Shown: positions 37,480 through 50,489 of the stretch, piece after piece
Position numbering within the stretch: the stretch's first letter is position 1
How the letters are laid out: each line of letters begins with the position of its first letter
NCBI GenBank assembly: GCA_030390025.1
Contig: JASTWF010000036.1
Span: 1,860,001-1,924,000, forward strand
Direction: 5' to 3'
Length of the DNA: 64,000 nt
Source: Squalus acanthias
Lineage: Eukaryota
The notes under the pieces: generated by a model
The model's input: the letters and a program-made list of their open reading frames with translations, nothing else
What the model was told of the DNA's origin: nothing
Databases searched by the model: none
Translations under genes and position numbers: made by a program

Positions 37480-38730
37480 AGATTATACTGAATTGACCTC
37501 CAGCTCAAAAAGGGCTGTAGTAAAGAGCCACCTGCATGGAGCTTGGGAATGCAAGAGTGCTGTACAGATAGAAGGTTTTAATGAACCAGTATCCAGGGAG
37601 GAAGTGGACTGGAAAGGTGGATGCCATTCAAACAGAGTTCCAAAAAGTTCCTCTGGACGGGAGTGGGAGGTGGGGACAGAATGGCGATGACCTTGGAGAT
37701 CAGTGCCAGGAACTGCCAACTTGCATTGGCACTGCCCTTCTAAAACTGGGAACTAGGATTCTATTTGAGGCATGCACACTTCAGTGTTCCAGATCCCAGC
37801 CTTTAAGGTGGTTCTTTGGGTTGTCACAGCATGTATATCAACTGTTTTGGAGGCCTGCTCTTGGGAGGAATCTGTAGGGCAGGTTGTAGCTTCATACAAA
37901 ATCGCGGAAAGTCTAGGGCTCAGGGGAAGCCCACATGCATTGCACTCATTGATCTTCATAAGGCTTTTGACCTCGTGCCTCCTGGGCTTATCAGGAAGAA
38001 GATGGGAACTGGGAGCACATGGCTTGGATTTGATCTCCAGCTCCAAGATTGGTGTAAGGGTAGGTGAGAGACTGATGAAATTACCTCCCTCATAGGAAGA
38101 GTGAGACAGGGATGTCCGCGATTGCCCATCCTATTCGATGGCTTCATCAATGATGCATTGGATGGCATTGTAAGGGGCAGTCTTGGAGTACCCTGGGTAC
38201 TTCTGAAGGAATTGTGGCACTTCTTTTGACAGATAGTGTGTCGTTGGTAGACTTGCCTGCAGATCTAGTGGGCTCTACTCAACATATTGCCTTCGTTCGC
38301 AGAATTATGGCTGGGCACAACTCGAGCTGGGATCTCCAAAGTACTGATTGGAAACACAAGGGTGTCTGTCCCAATTGTTGATTCATATCAGTCCCTGAAT
38401 TCTGGTGAATGCCTACCTCAACATGGATACAGTCCTCTGGGATCATACTGAGAAGGGGCGAGGGGAACTTTAGTCTTTTACCGTCACTCTTCAGCAAAGT
38501 CTCAATGTAGGTTAAGCTTGTGGCATCTAAGGCATGGTACAGAACTCCGAGGCATGCTATCGGGGGAATTGTGACAAAAATGGGGAAACAGTTGTGGGGA
38601 GGGAGGGCTTTGGTGTACGCTGACCTATCACTCAACATCCTGAAGGGGGAGTCAGGGTGGGAATGTCTCTTTCTCAAAGCTCCTCACGCAAAGAGATGGA
38701 TTGAGCAGTTGGTGACGAGGCAGCTTTAAG
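37480..38730 (+). mobile_element. Ancient LINE reverse-transcriptase relic
   Basis: CIALIDLHKAFDLVP (about 37933-37980) and GRVRQGCPRLPILFDGFIND (about 38095-38155) resemble RT motifs D..KAFD and GVRQGC.LSP.LF. Many disablements. Confidence 0.65.
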
Positions 38731-39267
38731 ACACTGTTGATGATTGACTCGCCAACCTGGCTCACTAATGGGATCTAGTGGGGTAGACCTGTCACTAGGG
38801 GCTTAGGTTCATGGCACTCAGCTTCCGATAACCCTGTAAGCCAACACCCTCCTAGTCCTAATGAGTGGTTCCCTGCTCTGTTACACTGTGTGGTTCTAGC
38901 TGACTAAACACCAGCAAAACCCCTGTGAAGACGTGTGGCTCCCTAAAAGCCTTGGCTGTTCCCAACCTGTGCCTAAGCTGTCTGGACTTGGCTAAGAAGG
39001 TTGATAGAGAGTGTGCACTCTTATATTGAGTAAAGCGAAACTCTACTTATGTGGATTTCTCAGTAGCTGGGTTTAGAGAGTCTTAAACATGATAATGGGT
39101 TTCCACAATGGTCAGATACCCAGCTAATCAAAAGGAAATATTCCCTCTCTCTTTGTCACTCTCATTCCCCCCTTCCCCATCTTTTTCATTCCTTCTTATC
39201 TCATTCATTCCCTGTTTCTTCACTTCTCTCATTGCCTCTTTCTCTCATTCCTCCTCTCCCTTTATGG

Positions 39268-39441
39268 GGACCAGTGTGAAGTAGTGGAACGATTCGCAGG
39301 CTGATTAACCACTGGATGTCAACCCAGAATTCGAAGCCAGAGCTCCGGCTCCACTCATTAGGGCAGTCTGGAGTGGGGTTTGAACCCTGCACCTTCTGGC
39401 TTAGAGGCAGGAATGATACCACTGTGCCAAAGACTCACTCC
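39268..39441 (-). mobile_element. tRNA-derived SINE (family 2), internally deleted
   Basis: Reverse complement matches the head and tail of 649-988. Confidence 0.7.
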
Positions 39442-41439
39442 TAGCAATGGGTTAAATAGCCCTCAATACTACAGTCTGTGGACAGCCATTTACAAAGTGA
39501 TTCAGCCAGCAAAAGCACATACTTTTAGATTGCAAGCAAAAAAAGCACACTGCACTTTGCAGTCAACTATTTGCACCACATTGCACTGCAGTCCAGCAAA
39601 CTCAATGCTTTCAGATTGCCCAGAAAAGACTACCCTTTGCAGTTGTCGCCACCTACAATGCCACGGTTAGAGCGCATTCCTCAATTTTACGCTGCTTTTG
39701 CAGTCAAGTAGAAAAAAAATCTGCAGATCCAAAACAACCACTGCGTACAGCAATCAAAATGGTACCACTGCAACACTAGGAACACAGTAAAGTGACGACA
39801 CCTGCACATTCACAGTCAGGAGTGCACAGAACAGCAAGTGGCACCATGTCAGCCTGACGTGTGTTTGCGTCGGGCAGTGATTTTGGAGCCATCCTATATG
39901 GAAGACCGGAACCAAATGATGCCATTAATGCGGGAAAGAGGCACAGGTAGGTCAGTTTGGTGTCGCTCTCCCGACAAAGCTCAAAGCTCAAAGCTTTGCT
40001 ACCGGCTGCTCCCATCTGGTCTCTGTGTTGCAGCTCCCATCATTGCAAGGGCTTGCTCAATATCCCATCGGCCACTGTGATTGCTGCCAATTCCCTGAAC
40101 CTGTCTGACTGTTGCAGTGGAAGCAACAAAGATTCGCAATTTTTTCCTTTAACTAAAAGAATGGAGAAAAGATTGCTTCGATTTGAAATTCTCGGTTTGT
40201 CCCCATCTCAGTGTATGTATGCCAGTCCCAGGGCAGCGTTTTGGCAATGTATTAATATCGGTGTTCTGGGCTCTCGGCAATGCTGCATTCTGGCTGCTGG
40301 AAGTGGTCTTGAATTCCCGATGACAGAAGTCGACTACGTTACCTTAAAGAAGCATTGCGGTTGGTAAACCTTTACGCAGTGCATCTTTTCCGTTACAATG
40401 TCGGGGCCCAAGTTAGCATAATATTTATTGTCACAATTTACGTCACCGCACCGTGTATTTGTAAATCAATAATGGTTTGCCAAACAAAGTTTTAAGAAGG
40501 CCATGACGCCTTTAAAAGGGGAATTTAACCTTCAGTGCCAAACCCGTTCCATCATGCTCATCTTTCTGTTCAATTACTGCGTCTGTATTCTTATTCTTTA
40601 TTCACTTACTTTGGCCACTTATTTATTCACTTACTTTTTTTTCAATAAGAATTACAGGTAAATCTAATGGCACTTTAACCTTTTGTTCCTGTTCGGGTGG
40701 GCAGTGGCCACTGCGTGATGCTCTCTCACCCTTTTACATGCAGCATCAAACGCTGCTCCCTGTAGGTTGCTGGGCTGCACTGTCTAACCAGAGTGATCGG
40801 GAGAGCAAATATGTGAGACTGGAACAAGCTGCCTTAACTTGACGGGCAAATTCCCTGGACCCAGGTTTTCACAGAGCTGCAATGCGACCATCTCCCTGAA
40901 TGTCGGGTTGCTCGCATTAAGGAGCACAGCTGACAGGCCGAGAACCACGCCTCTGCCGCTGGTTGGCATTCCTTTGTGTAAAAGCACCTTGAGTGCGGCT
41001 GTTGGGCATTCTGCCGTCGCTGTGTGAATCTCGCCTCCGAAGGCGCCAGTTCCATTATGTAAACCAGAATGATATCAAAATGAATAAGGTTTGTCCGAAA
41101 ACCAAGTCTGTGGTGACCCCAGTTACCCAGAAATCTTTGCAGGTAAAAACAAGATGGCGGAACACCTCTGGCTAGCTAGCCTCCATTGCTAAATACAGGG
41201 TGCTCTGTCCTGTGGGAAAACAGGTGAGACACAGCCACAGTAACCAGAACCAAAAAAACAAGCGATTATTGCTGAAGTTTATTTGTTATCCAGCTTGCTG
41301 TTAAATGAAGCAGTGATTGTGATGTTGTCCAATTATTATGTCTGCAAGTCTCGAATGAGTTATTTTAGATGTTTAACAACTCTCAGCTGAATACTACACT
41401 TAGACCATTAAAATGCTCCCCAAATGGCATTGCCCAGGG

Positions 41440-41810
41440 TGGTACTGAACGACGGAGAGTAGGAAGATCCCAGGCTTGATTCCCAGTCTTTTCAGTGTTA
41501 GCTGATCCATGTTGGGATACTGATAGTGACGCTACGATCAACCTCAGTATTCATGGGCCAGGGAGAGGAAAAATTAGCTAGGCTCCCTACTCTTGATTGC
41601 TGTGCAGTGACTCCGGCTAGAAGGTGCGTGTGTGGACATTGGGTGAGAACAGGATTGGACTTGCTTCGATGCCCCCCCCCCCCCCCCCCAAATAGTCTGC
41701 TAACACTCACGCGTGAAGAATGGGCCACTTGGGTAAGGTACCAGACGCTGGCCAGTGCCTGTGGAGCTGTACCCCAGTAAGAATCAGCATCTTCAGAAGA
41801 GGAAGGGAGA
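41440..41810 (+). mobile_element. SINE-like interspersed repeat (family 3)
   Basis: GGGAGAGGAAAAATTAGC...GGGTGAGAACAGGATT...AAATAG motif recurs at about 53453-53550 and 53750-54000. Confidence 0.55.
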
Positions 41811-42269
41811 ATGTTGGAGGATAAAGAATTTGAAAAAGATAAAGTTCTGATAAATGTGAGCATTTCTAAACAAACTTTAGCATGTTTTTAAGTGTGGGTG
41901 CTATGTTGTGTAGAAGTGGAGCAGTGCCAGTCACACAAAGCCTATTACTACGGCGAATTATTGGTCTTGAAACCCAGGATGTTCAACAGGTTGCTTTCAA
42001 GGTACAAGTCCTTCTTTATCCAGCTCAACAAAAATCTCGGAATCCTTGCAGTCAGTGTGTTCCACTGCTTGCTGCAGCATGTGTTTTTTTTAAACACAAT
42101 ATTACTTTAATAATTAGGGCAAAAGATAATACTGAATATATACATATATATCAATATATTTATTGTGTGTTTCAAAAGGGGTCTGGGTGGTGCACAGGGT
42201 TAAAATATTGTCCTTTCACCTCTTGACGTTTGGGCTCAAACAAGCAATTTGATATTTATTTACAACCAG

Positions 42270-42640
42270 TCTAATCATAGAAAAGATATTCTTGCCCTTG
42301 AAAGGCTACAAAGGCGAGCAGCCAAGGAGTTACCGATATCAGGGATTTCATTTGTGAGTGAAGGTAAAAGAAGTCCTTTGCAAAAGCGCAGACCTTGAGG
42401 TGACCTAATTTGAAGTTTTCAAGACTAAATGGAAGCAAGTAACGGAGTTGATCGGGGCAAATTTTACACCATGGCGAAGGAGGTCAAATGCCACCAAGTG
42501 AAAGATCAGGGAATTAGGAGTAAGAAAGGATGTCATGTAGACCTTTTGTTTTAGAAAAGGAATAACTTGGGAGCGAAGGATGAGTCCAATGGATCCAAGA
42601 GATAATTGGATGTGGTTCTGGAGACAGATTGGGAACTATG
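42270..42640 (+). mobile_element. Old, diverged CR1-like 3' fragment
   Basis: [16 protein letters not shown]...*GDLI remnant. Confidence 0.5.
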
Positions 42641-43077
42641 TGAGTAAAGCTTCCTCTGGTAGTTAACACATTTGTCTACACCTTGCACCTTCAGCATTTA
42701 GTGAAGGCCTCACCCTCCTAAAATTTCCCTCCAACTAGTAGGTTTGTATAAGTATCCCTGGTTGTCCAATAAATTAGCTTTCCATTCGAATGAATCTGGT
42801 TTTCATCTCATTTAGTCACATCTTAAATGCATTGGTGAAGATTTCCGCTGTTCAGTATTTCAAGCGAAATTGCAAATATGTTTGATGGAGGAATTATAAG
42901 CCCCTATGCAAAGGTGGGTAGATGTGGTTAGAAAAGAGACAGGGTTGTTGGGGCTTAATGGCCTTTTTTCTGTTCCAGAAAGTTCTTCTGTAGCTAACTT
43001 TAAGCAGCCATGGTCCAGCTGTTAGTGAACTCAACTCTATAACACAGGACTGTGAAGAATAGGGTTCTAATTAATAA

Positions 43078-43966
43078 TAAAAACAGAAAATGCTGGAAAC
43101 ACTCAGCAGGTCCGGCAGCATCTGTGGAGAGAGAAACAGAGTTAACGTTTCAGGTCGCTGACGTTTCGTCAGTACTGGATAAAGAGAAGTAACAGGTTTT
43201 AAGCAAGTAGATAGGCAGGGAAATGGGAAGTCTTGCTACAATTGTACAGGGCTCTGGTGAGACCACACCTGGAGTACTGTGCACAGTTTTGGTCTCCTTA
43301 TCTGAGGAAGGATATACTTGCCTTAGAGGCGGATACAACAAAGGTTCACTGGATTGATTCCTGGGATGAGAGGCCTGTCCTATGAGGAGAGATTGAGTAG
43401 ACTAGGCCTATATTCTCTGGAGTTTAGAAGAATGAGAGGTGATCTCATTGAAACATACAAGATTCTGAAGGGGATGACAGGGTAGATACTGAGAGGTTGT
43501 TTCCCCCTGGCTGGAGAGTCTAGAACTAGGGGGCATAGTCTCAGGATAAGGGGTCGGCCATTTAAGACTGAGATGAGGAGGAATTTCTTTACTCAGATGG
43601 TTGTGAATCTTTGGAATTCTCCACCCCAAAGGGCAGTGGATGCTGAGTCTTTGAATATATTCAAGGCTGAGATAGATAGATTTTTGGACTCTAGAGGAAT
43701 CAAGGGATATAGAGATCGGGCGGGAAAGTGGAGTTGAGGTCGAAGATCAGCCATGATCGTATTGAATGGCGGAGCAGGCTCGAAGGGCCATATGGCCTAC
43801 TCCTGCTCCTAATTCTTATGTTCTTACAGAAGGTCTGTGATAGGGTGGAAGGCAGGAGAGATTAAATGACAAAAGGGATGATGGTGCAAGGCGAAAGGAG
43901 ATGGTAATGGGACAAGTAAAGAAGCAAAAGATGGGTCTAGAGGAGGTGTAAATGGGAATAGCAGAA
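43078..43966 (-). mobile_element. Penelope-like terminal region with hammerhead-like core, split by a CR1
   Basis: 43078-43180 is the reverse complement of the 23820-23921 sequence, with CTGACGA (43172-43166) ... GAAAC (43151-43147). A purine-rich continuation resumes after 43826. Penelope assignment is from recollection. Confidence 0.6.
43225..43826 (+). mobile_element. CR1-clade LINE 3' fragment
   Basis: Colinear with 7810-8403; tail TTCTTATGTTCTTA. Ends about 245 bp upstream of exon D. Confidence 0.9.
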
Positions 43967-44069
43967 GGCAGTAAAAGAACAATGCATTAGCTCAGCGCAC
44001 CATCAATCCCCCTCTTACAGCAAGCAATCCACACTTGCCAATACATCTGTGTCACTGCTATTTGAACAG

Positions 44070-44223
44070 AGTTCTTGGTGGAGAAGGACAGTGTATTTTG
44101 TACGTGTGAAACGCCATGCAACATGACTCGATATGGTAAGGAGCTGTCCATGGTAAAAATCCCCAGCAAGGCTTCAGCCAAATACCTGGCCAAAAAGTAC
44201 AACAAATCCGAAGATTACATAGG
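44070..44223 (+). CDS. ASIC1: ASIC1-type channel, internal coding exon D (154 nt)
   Basis: tttgaacAG acceptor and GTGAGT donor at 44224. Translates (E)[50 protein letters not shown](G). Phase 1-2. Confidence 0.96.
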
Positions 44224-44539
44224 GTGAGTACCTCTACTATAACTGCTTCTCTGTTTGTGTCACGATGTAGCCATGATTAAAGAGGCAGTGTCTTTGTCAC
44301 TGGGGAGGAGGAACAGCCATGCCTCACATCAAACGTGATGCAGTGAAATTTTCCTGGTGCACTATTGAGTTTCGACATGACTTGCATTGCTACTCCCCGT
44401 TTGAACCCCTTTAACCTCCCGTCAGTCCCACCTAGACCACCGAGAATACTCTGGTTAATATCACTAAAAGTATCCTGTGTGACTATGCCTGGGTTAAGCA
44501 TTCCTCCTCAATCCTGTTTGACAACTGCTTTCTCCTTCA

Positions 44540-45640
44540 TGGCCTCGCCTCTGTGGTCTGCCTTGATCGCAGAGTCCTTTCATGGCTCCATTCCGAGCTG
44601 ACTGAATACAGCCAGCTCCACTCAGGTAATGGAGTCTCCTCCTACACCCATATAGTCCTCTATGGCATGCCCCAAGGTTGCATGCTTGGCCCCTTCGTAT
44701 TCCTTAGCTACATGCTACCTCTCGGCAAAATCACCCGCAAGAATGTCACCAAGCTTTATCTGTCCACCACCACATCCTCAATTTTATGACTGTTGCTGTG
44801 CTTTCTGACAGCTTGTCTAGCATCAAGTCATGGATGAACCAGAACTTCGCCCAGTTAAACATTGGCAAGATTGAAGCCCTCCCCTTTGCCGCCTTCCCCG
44901 CAGAAACTCTGCACTCTAGCCCTCTGATTCCAATGCTCTGCTTGACCACGTCCACTGGCTGAACCCAATAGGCACAATCTCAATGCCCTGCTCGACCCAG
45001 AGCTGAGCTTCCAGTCCATCACCAAAACCACCTATTTCCACCTCCACAATATTGCTTGCCTACCTTCCCTACCCTATCCCCACCTCCACTGAAACCCTCA
45101 TCCATGCCTTTGTGACCTCCTGTCTCAGCTTTTCCAACAACCCTCCTCCTCCTGGTCCCCTGAGGTCCATCCTAAACAAACTCCAATTCCTCCAGAACTC
45201 CGCTGCCCACATCCTATCCCACATAAAGTCCCACTCACCTATCACCCCATCCTCACTGACCTCCTCCAAATCCCCATCTCCAAGCAGATAGATTTTGAAA
45301 CCCTCAACCTTGGTTACAAATGTTGCCCCACATCTGCAACCTCCTCTAACCTTGCATCTCAGCTCATGCCCTCCACTCTTCTGAATCTTGCCTACTGTGC
45401 AGTTTCCCCCCCCCCCCCCCCCACCCCTTCCCATCACTCCAAATAGTGGCATACCGTTTAGCCATCATGGCTTTGCATTCTGGAATTCTCTTCCTAAACC
45501 CCTCTGCCTTTCTACATCAAAAACTTGGTCAAAACCACACCTTCAGTCATCTCCTCAAACCTTCCAATTCCTGCTTCAGTGTTTGGTCCACCCTGTTTAT
45601 GAAGCAACTGCATTAAAGGCACTTTATAAGTGGGAACTTT
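44540..45640 (+). mobile_element. Old L2-clade LINE fragment
   Basis: GMPQGCMLGPFVFLSYMLPLG, WMNQNFAQLNIGK, ETLIHAFVTSCL, LQFLQNSAA and FWNSLPKPL motifs. Confidence 0.8.
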
Positions 45641-46276
45641 TGTGATCACGTTGACTACTTGGTAAACATAGGTGGGTGGGGAGGGAATAAACAAAGACAG
45701 TGCTTCTTTAAGTGACTTATGAAGTAAATTTGATTAAGAACAGATAACCAGCTAACAGCTGGCTCTGGGGTAGATTTCCTTCCTTTCACTAACGTTAATG
45801 AAATAGTGTGAGTGCAAAGCAGGGAACCTCCTTCTGTTTTCTAGGCAGTGCTTGGATACAAATATAGGCACTAATGAACGAGTTGTGTTTGTGCCAGGGT
45901 TTAACTGTGACTGATTGTTCTGGCATGGTCACCAGTGTCGTAAATGCCTGCTTTACACATGACTTCCATTTCTGCTTTTAGATCCTTATTGAACCAAAAT
46001 AATTTGAATGGATTTCTTGACTAATTTATACATTATGTTAGACATCAGAAATGAAAATCTTTACAGCATGGCTGTAAACGCTGATTGCCTCCAGAATGAC
46101 TGTGAGTCACAGCTGCACTGGGCAGAACATTTAAATTGAAGAATGTGGGCAATTAAAGAGTCCAATGCAACATTCTCAGTGGGGAGAGGGATAGGTCAAA
46201 GCTGGGTCAGGCAATCACAGAGGTGATACCCACCTCACCGATATTTACTGTCAGCTCACTCCTGCTCCTGTTTATA

Positions 46277-46715
46277 CAACAACTTGCATTTATATAGCAC
46301 CTTTAACGTAGTAAAACGTCCCAAGGCGCTTCACGGGAGCGATTACCAAACAAAATTTGACACCGAGCCACATCAGGAGATATTAAGACAGTAGGGGTAG
46401 GTTTTAAGAAGTGAAAACAGAAAGTGCTGGAAATACTCAGCAGGTCAGGCAGCACCTATGGAGAGAGAAACAGAGTTTTAAGAAGCTTCTTAAAGGAGGA
46501 GAGAGAGGCGGAGAGGTTTAGGGAGGGAATTCCAGAGCTTAGGGCCCAGGCAGCTGAAGACACAGCTGCCAATGATGGAGCGAAGGAAATCGGGGATGCT
46601 CAAGAGGCCAGAATTTGAGGAGCGCAGAATTCTCGGAGGGTGGTAGGGCTGGAGGAGATTACAGAGATCGGGAGGGTGAGTGAGGCCATGAAAACAAGAA
46701 TGAGAATTTTAAAAC
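46277..46715 (-). mobile_element. L2 3' end with a short Penelope-like piece inserted at about 46413-46477
   Basis: CAACAACTTGCATTTATATAGC tail (reverse). Inserted AAAACAGAAAGTGCTGGAAATACTCAGCAGGTCAGGCAGCA...AGAGTT. Confidence 0.75.
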
Positions 46716-47514
46716 TTACTAACTTACACAGTTACTAACATAATGTCATATACTCACCAGGGGTGTAGATAGTGGTATCAGAGGGCAGGAAGCCATTGTT
46801 AGTGATGGAGGAGCTGGAGTTAATGTTTAGCATCTCAGATAGGTACAGGAACTGAATAAATGTTGAAATGATACTGTGTGATATCAGTCTATGAATCTTA
46901 ACTTGTTCAGCTAGCAGACAAATGGATTTTATCTGTGTGTGTTAAATATTTGTCCGCTAATCTCACACAGCGTCATTTCAAGGATGTTCTGAACCTCTTA
47001 TACAGTTGGGTATAGTTCTATTCAAGTGTGGCACAGGTCCTGTATAAGATGTGTATGGTAGTACTATTGCCAGTTTCGTTTGGTGTGCACTTCATATATG
47101 GTACCCATCAATGGATAATGCAGATCTCAACTATCCTTAAAAATCATGCTCCCTCTCTTTTCCCCCCCCCCCCCTAACTTTTTGCTCCTTTAAGATGAGG
47201 GATGCCAGTACTGGCTAATGGAATGTAATCACCCACAACGCCAGATGTGATGTAGGTTAGATCCAGAGTAAACCTCCACCTACAGGGGTCCTCTGTTCTC
47301 CCAGTTGTAAAGTACGGAGAGACATAAATTTTAACATAGAGAAGGAAAAAATACTCCTGTTAAGGACTTGTTAATTGCTTCTTAGTGTCAGGAATGTGCT
47401 TGTTGGACCTTTTCTCATGCACTTTAACAAGTATTGCCATATAATGTAAATCACTCATCACGCTCCAACCGCACACTCACCATAGATTCAAGAATCATTG
47501 CCAAGCTTTTAACT

Positions 47515-50450
47515 AAGATTTTGGGGGCGGAGTATGTGACAAGGCTGTTGGGGGCACAAGGACACTTGAATTTAGTCCCTCAGATCCTGAGATTATTGGT
47601 GCATCATACCAAAGCATCATTGATCAATGTTCTCACGCCACATCAGCGCCCCCGAGCATAGAAAAAACTACTGTTTCTTCGATAGAGGGGGGCGCAAATG
47701 AGCATGAATGTCCGAAGGGGAGTGGGGGCGGGGTGGAGAGAGAGCTGCGAAACAAGTTTGGGATCCTCTCCTTTAACTGGACTGCAATCAAAAGTGAACC
47801 AGCCTGCTCCATGTGACAAATACGGCTTTTGCCCAAATGAGGAAGGACACTTAAAGGTGGAATCCGTGAATCAAGTACCCACTGGGCTCCAATGAATGAC
47901 GCTTCAGTGTGTGAACGCTTGTTACACACAATGGATCCTAAGGAGTTATGATGACCCTCTCTTCATCTGGACAGCAAGCTACATTTGGCACGTGGAGCAG
48001 TGTGGGCTCCTTCTACCCATTGTAAAGAATAGCATTTGCCAGCTGAAGCCCAGGATTTAGTGCATCACACACTGGTATTGTTGTTTCTTATGCCTGCTCG
48101 CTAGCAGAATAGGATCAACTGTGGGCTACGGCATGGTGGCAGAGCAGATGGTGGATTCTGTATAAAGGGAGTTTTGAGGGTGCAAGAGGCTCATTACTGG
48201 GCCTATCAGCTACCCCAAGCTGAGACACTTCCGTGCAAGGCACAGCTTTCTGGAGCTTACCAAATGGGGCAGTGCCTGATGAGGCTCAGGCTGAGCAAAG
48301 AAGCTGTCACTGAGCGGAAAGATCAGCAACCAGAGTCAACAAGCACAGCAGCAGCACTATTGGTGGAAGTCAAGGAAACAACTATCCTGAGAATTTCTAC
48401 ACCTTCCCGGCACCCAGCAGTGTATTGAAAGGAATCAGCCGCAGTGCAGAGAACTGCTGCGTTTGTGATCTGATTGGAGCTCCCTGCCAGAAAGAACACT
48501 TGTTCATTGAGTCCAGTATGGGCCACAAGCAGCAGGAGCAAAGACAGTACGTCATGCACCTCCACACATTCTACCCAACCAACACGATTCCTTCATTTTG
48601 AGGCAGTTCGATGTAACCCGATTGTTTGAAGGGAAGGCTGATTCCTTCGAGAGATGAGATATACAGTAGCTGATGACCCTTGGTTGGAGCCCCTATCCGA
48701 CCGCAGCAAAGACCCAGGGTTCGCAATGAGCACGCTTCTGGAGTGCTGATAAGGTGCTGATCCATCAGATGGGGCCCTTGCCCCTGTGAAAGTTTAATTT
48801 TTTGTTACCGTGTTGCACAATGTTACCAACAGAGGTCTGGCCATGGAGGAGCACGAGGGGCAGCAGGAAGGGAGAGATGAGCTGGTAGAAGACGATGACG
48901 CCAAAGAGGGCCAAAGAAACCAGGAGGCCAGACACTGCATGTTGGCAGGAAGTTGTGGGAGGGCATCATAGCCACCTTCTTTTCTGGCAGGCCTGCTAGT
49001 GTTTGAAAGGCCTTTTCTTTCTGATTGGCAGCAGAGTACGTGTTTTTCCCATTTCTTAAAACCTGTACTTTTTTCCCTTTTTGAAATAGTCTTGTTTTCT
49101 TCATAATAAAAGCACAGAATGCAGCTTTTAACAAATAGATGTGTTTTTATTGATCTCCACTGGTTTTGGTAGTGTCTGCACGCATGTATCTCCTAGGTGC
49201 ACACATGTTATCTTCTCACTTCCTAGTGTGCTTACCAGCACCTGAGAGTCATTTACTTCTATATAGGAGGTGGTGATGCTTGCTCCGATCTCCATGTTCT
49301 CCTAGTTGAGGGACCAGATACTAAGGACCCCTATTTTGATGAGACTCTGGGTTCCCTCTGACTGAAGTGGCAACTACCCCTCATCAGTGCTGGGACGTCC
49401 TTGTCCTTGGATTTTGGAGGCCCCCCTGGAAATCATTTCTCCACCCCGTCCATGTGTTCAATCAGATTCTTGGGGAATGTAGAAACACTGCAGCACAATG
49501 GCTCCCTGTTGGACCTGATCAGCTCGCATCTGTTACCCCTTCCTCAGCATTGTGCCGGGCAATATCCACTGCTTTCTGCTGCCCCATCATATCCATAAAT
49601 CCTGAACTGCTGCTACCTGGACTGGCACTTTGTAAAAGTGGGACGCTGGGTGCCCGGGTAGACAGTGCTGCTCTGGTTCCATCTGCATCCCACTGCCTCC
49701 TGCCCCACCATCTGAATAGAGAGCAGAAGGTAATTTGTACACTTTGCCAATTCACCAACGCCTTTGAGGTGAGAGCGTTGAGCCTTTCATGCTGGCTGCC
49801 CTGCAAATCCAGCTGGTGCACCTCTTCCTCCCACCTTGTGAAGAAGACCTGCCTTTTATAGCCTTCCATATCAACATAAGCGAGCAACCGTTGTTCAAAG
49901 ATTGCCAGGGGCTCCACTCTGCTGCTGTCACACCCTGCTCTCCGCCACCTTTTCTGTCAGAAGGGGCATGAGGAAACATTATTGACGGGGTCTGGCCAGC
50001 AGGTGTCTCATAATGCTCCATCAGTTTTCCCATACTTCACGGAATGCACGATACAAATGATATGAGGTCCCCTTTAAAAAAAAAAAACAGCTTCATTGCG
50101 ATATCTTCAAACAATTATGTGCCTGTCAATCCAGGGCTAAACAGGGTTTCTGGTACCGATATTTGCAACACTTTACGCTGTCAGATTGAGGAGTGTAAAT
50201 CCATTGCATAGTCAAGGCTGCAGCATTTGTGGTTCCATTTCTGCGTTATCTTGGTGGCTATCCTCAAGTCTTCCTCACATCCTTCCATGTCCTTTGGGTT
50301 TCTGAGCCAGCGCTGTTATGCTCAGCAATCAATGGCCAGGCAGACTGGACCCAAACTTTGACCTCTGCCTCCAAAAGGTTCATCTGGCATGCCAGGCATA
50401 TCATTGAGAAGGATCGCGATTTCTTGGTCAGAATACTGGGTAACATTATT
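47515..50450. mobile_element. Second decayed autonomous PIF/Harbinger element: transposase remnant (+), Myb/SANT-like remnant (-)
   Basis: + 48270-48410 QCLMRLRLSKEAVTE...QPESTSTAAALLVEVKETTIL. - 50264-50400 AWPLIAEHNSAGSETQRTWKDVRKT. Ends are approximate. Confidence 0.65.
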
Positions 50451-50489
50451 CAGTTTGTGAGATACCAATCCAAATGGGCAATAAATCAC

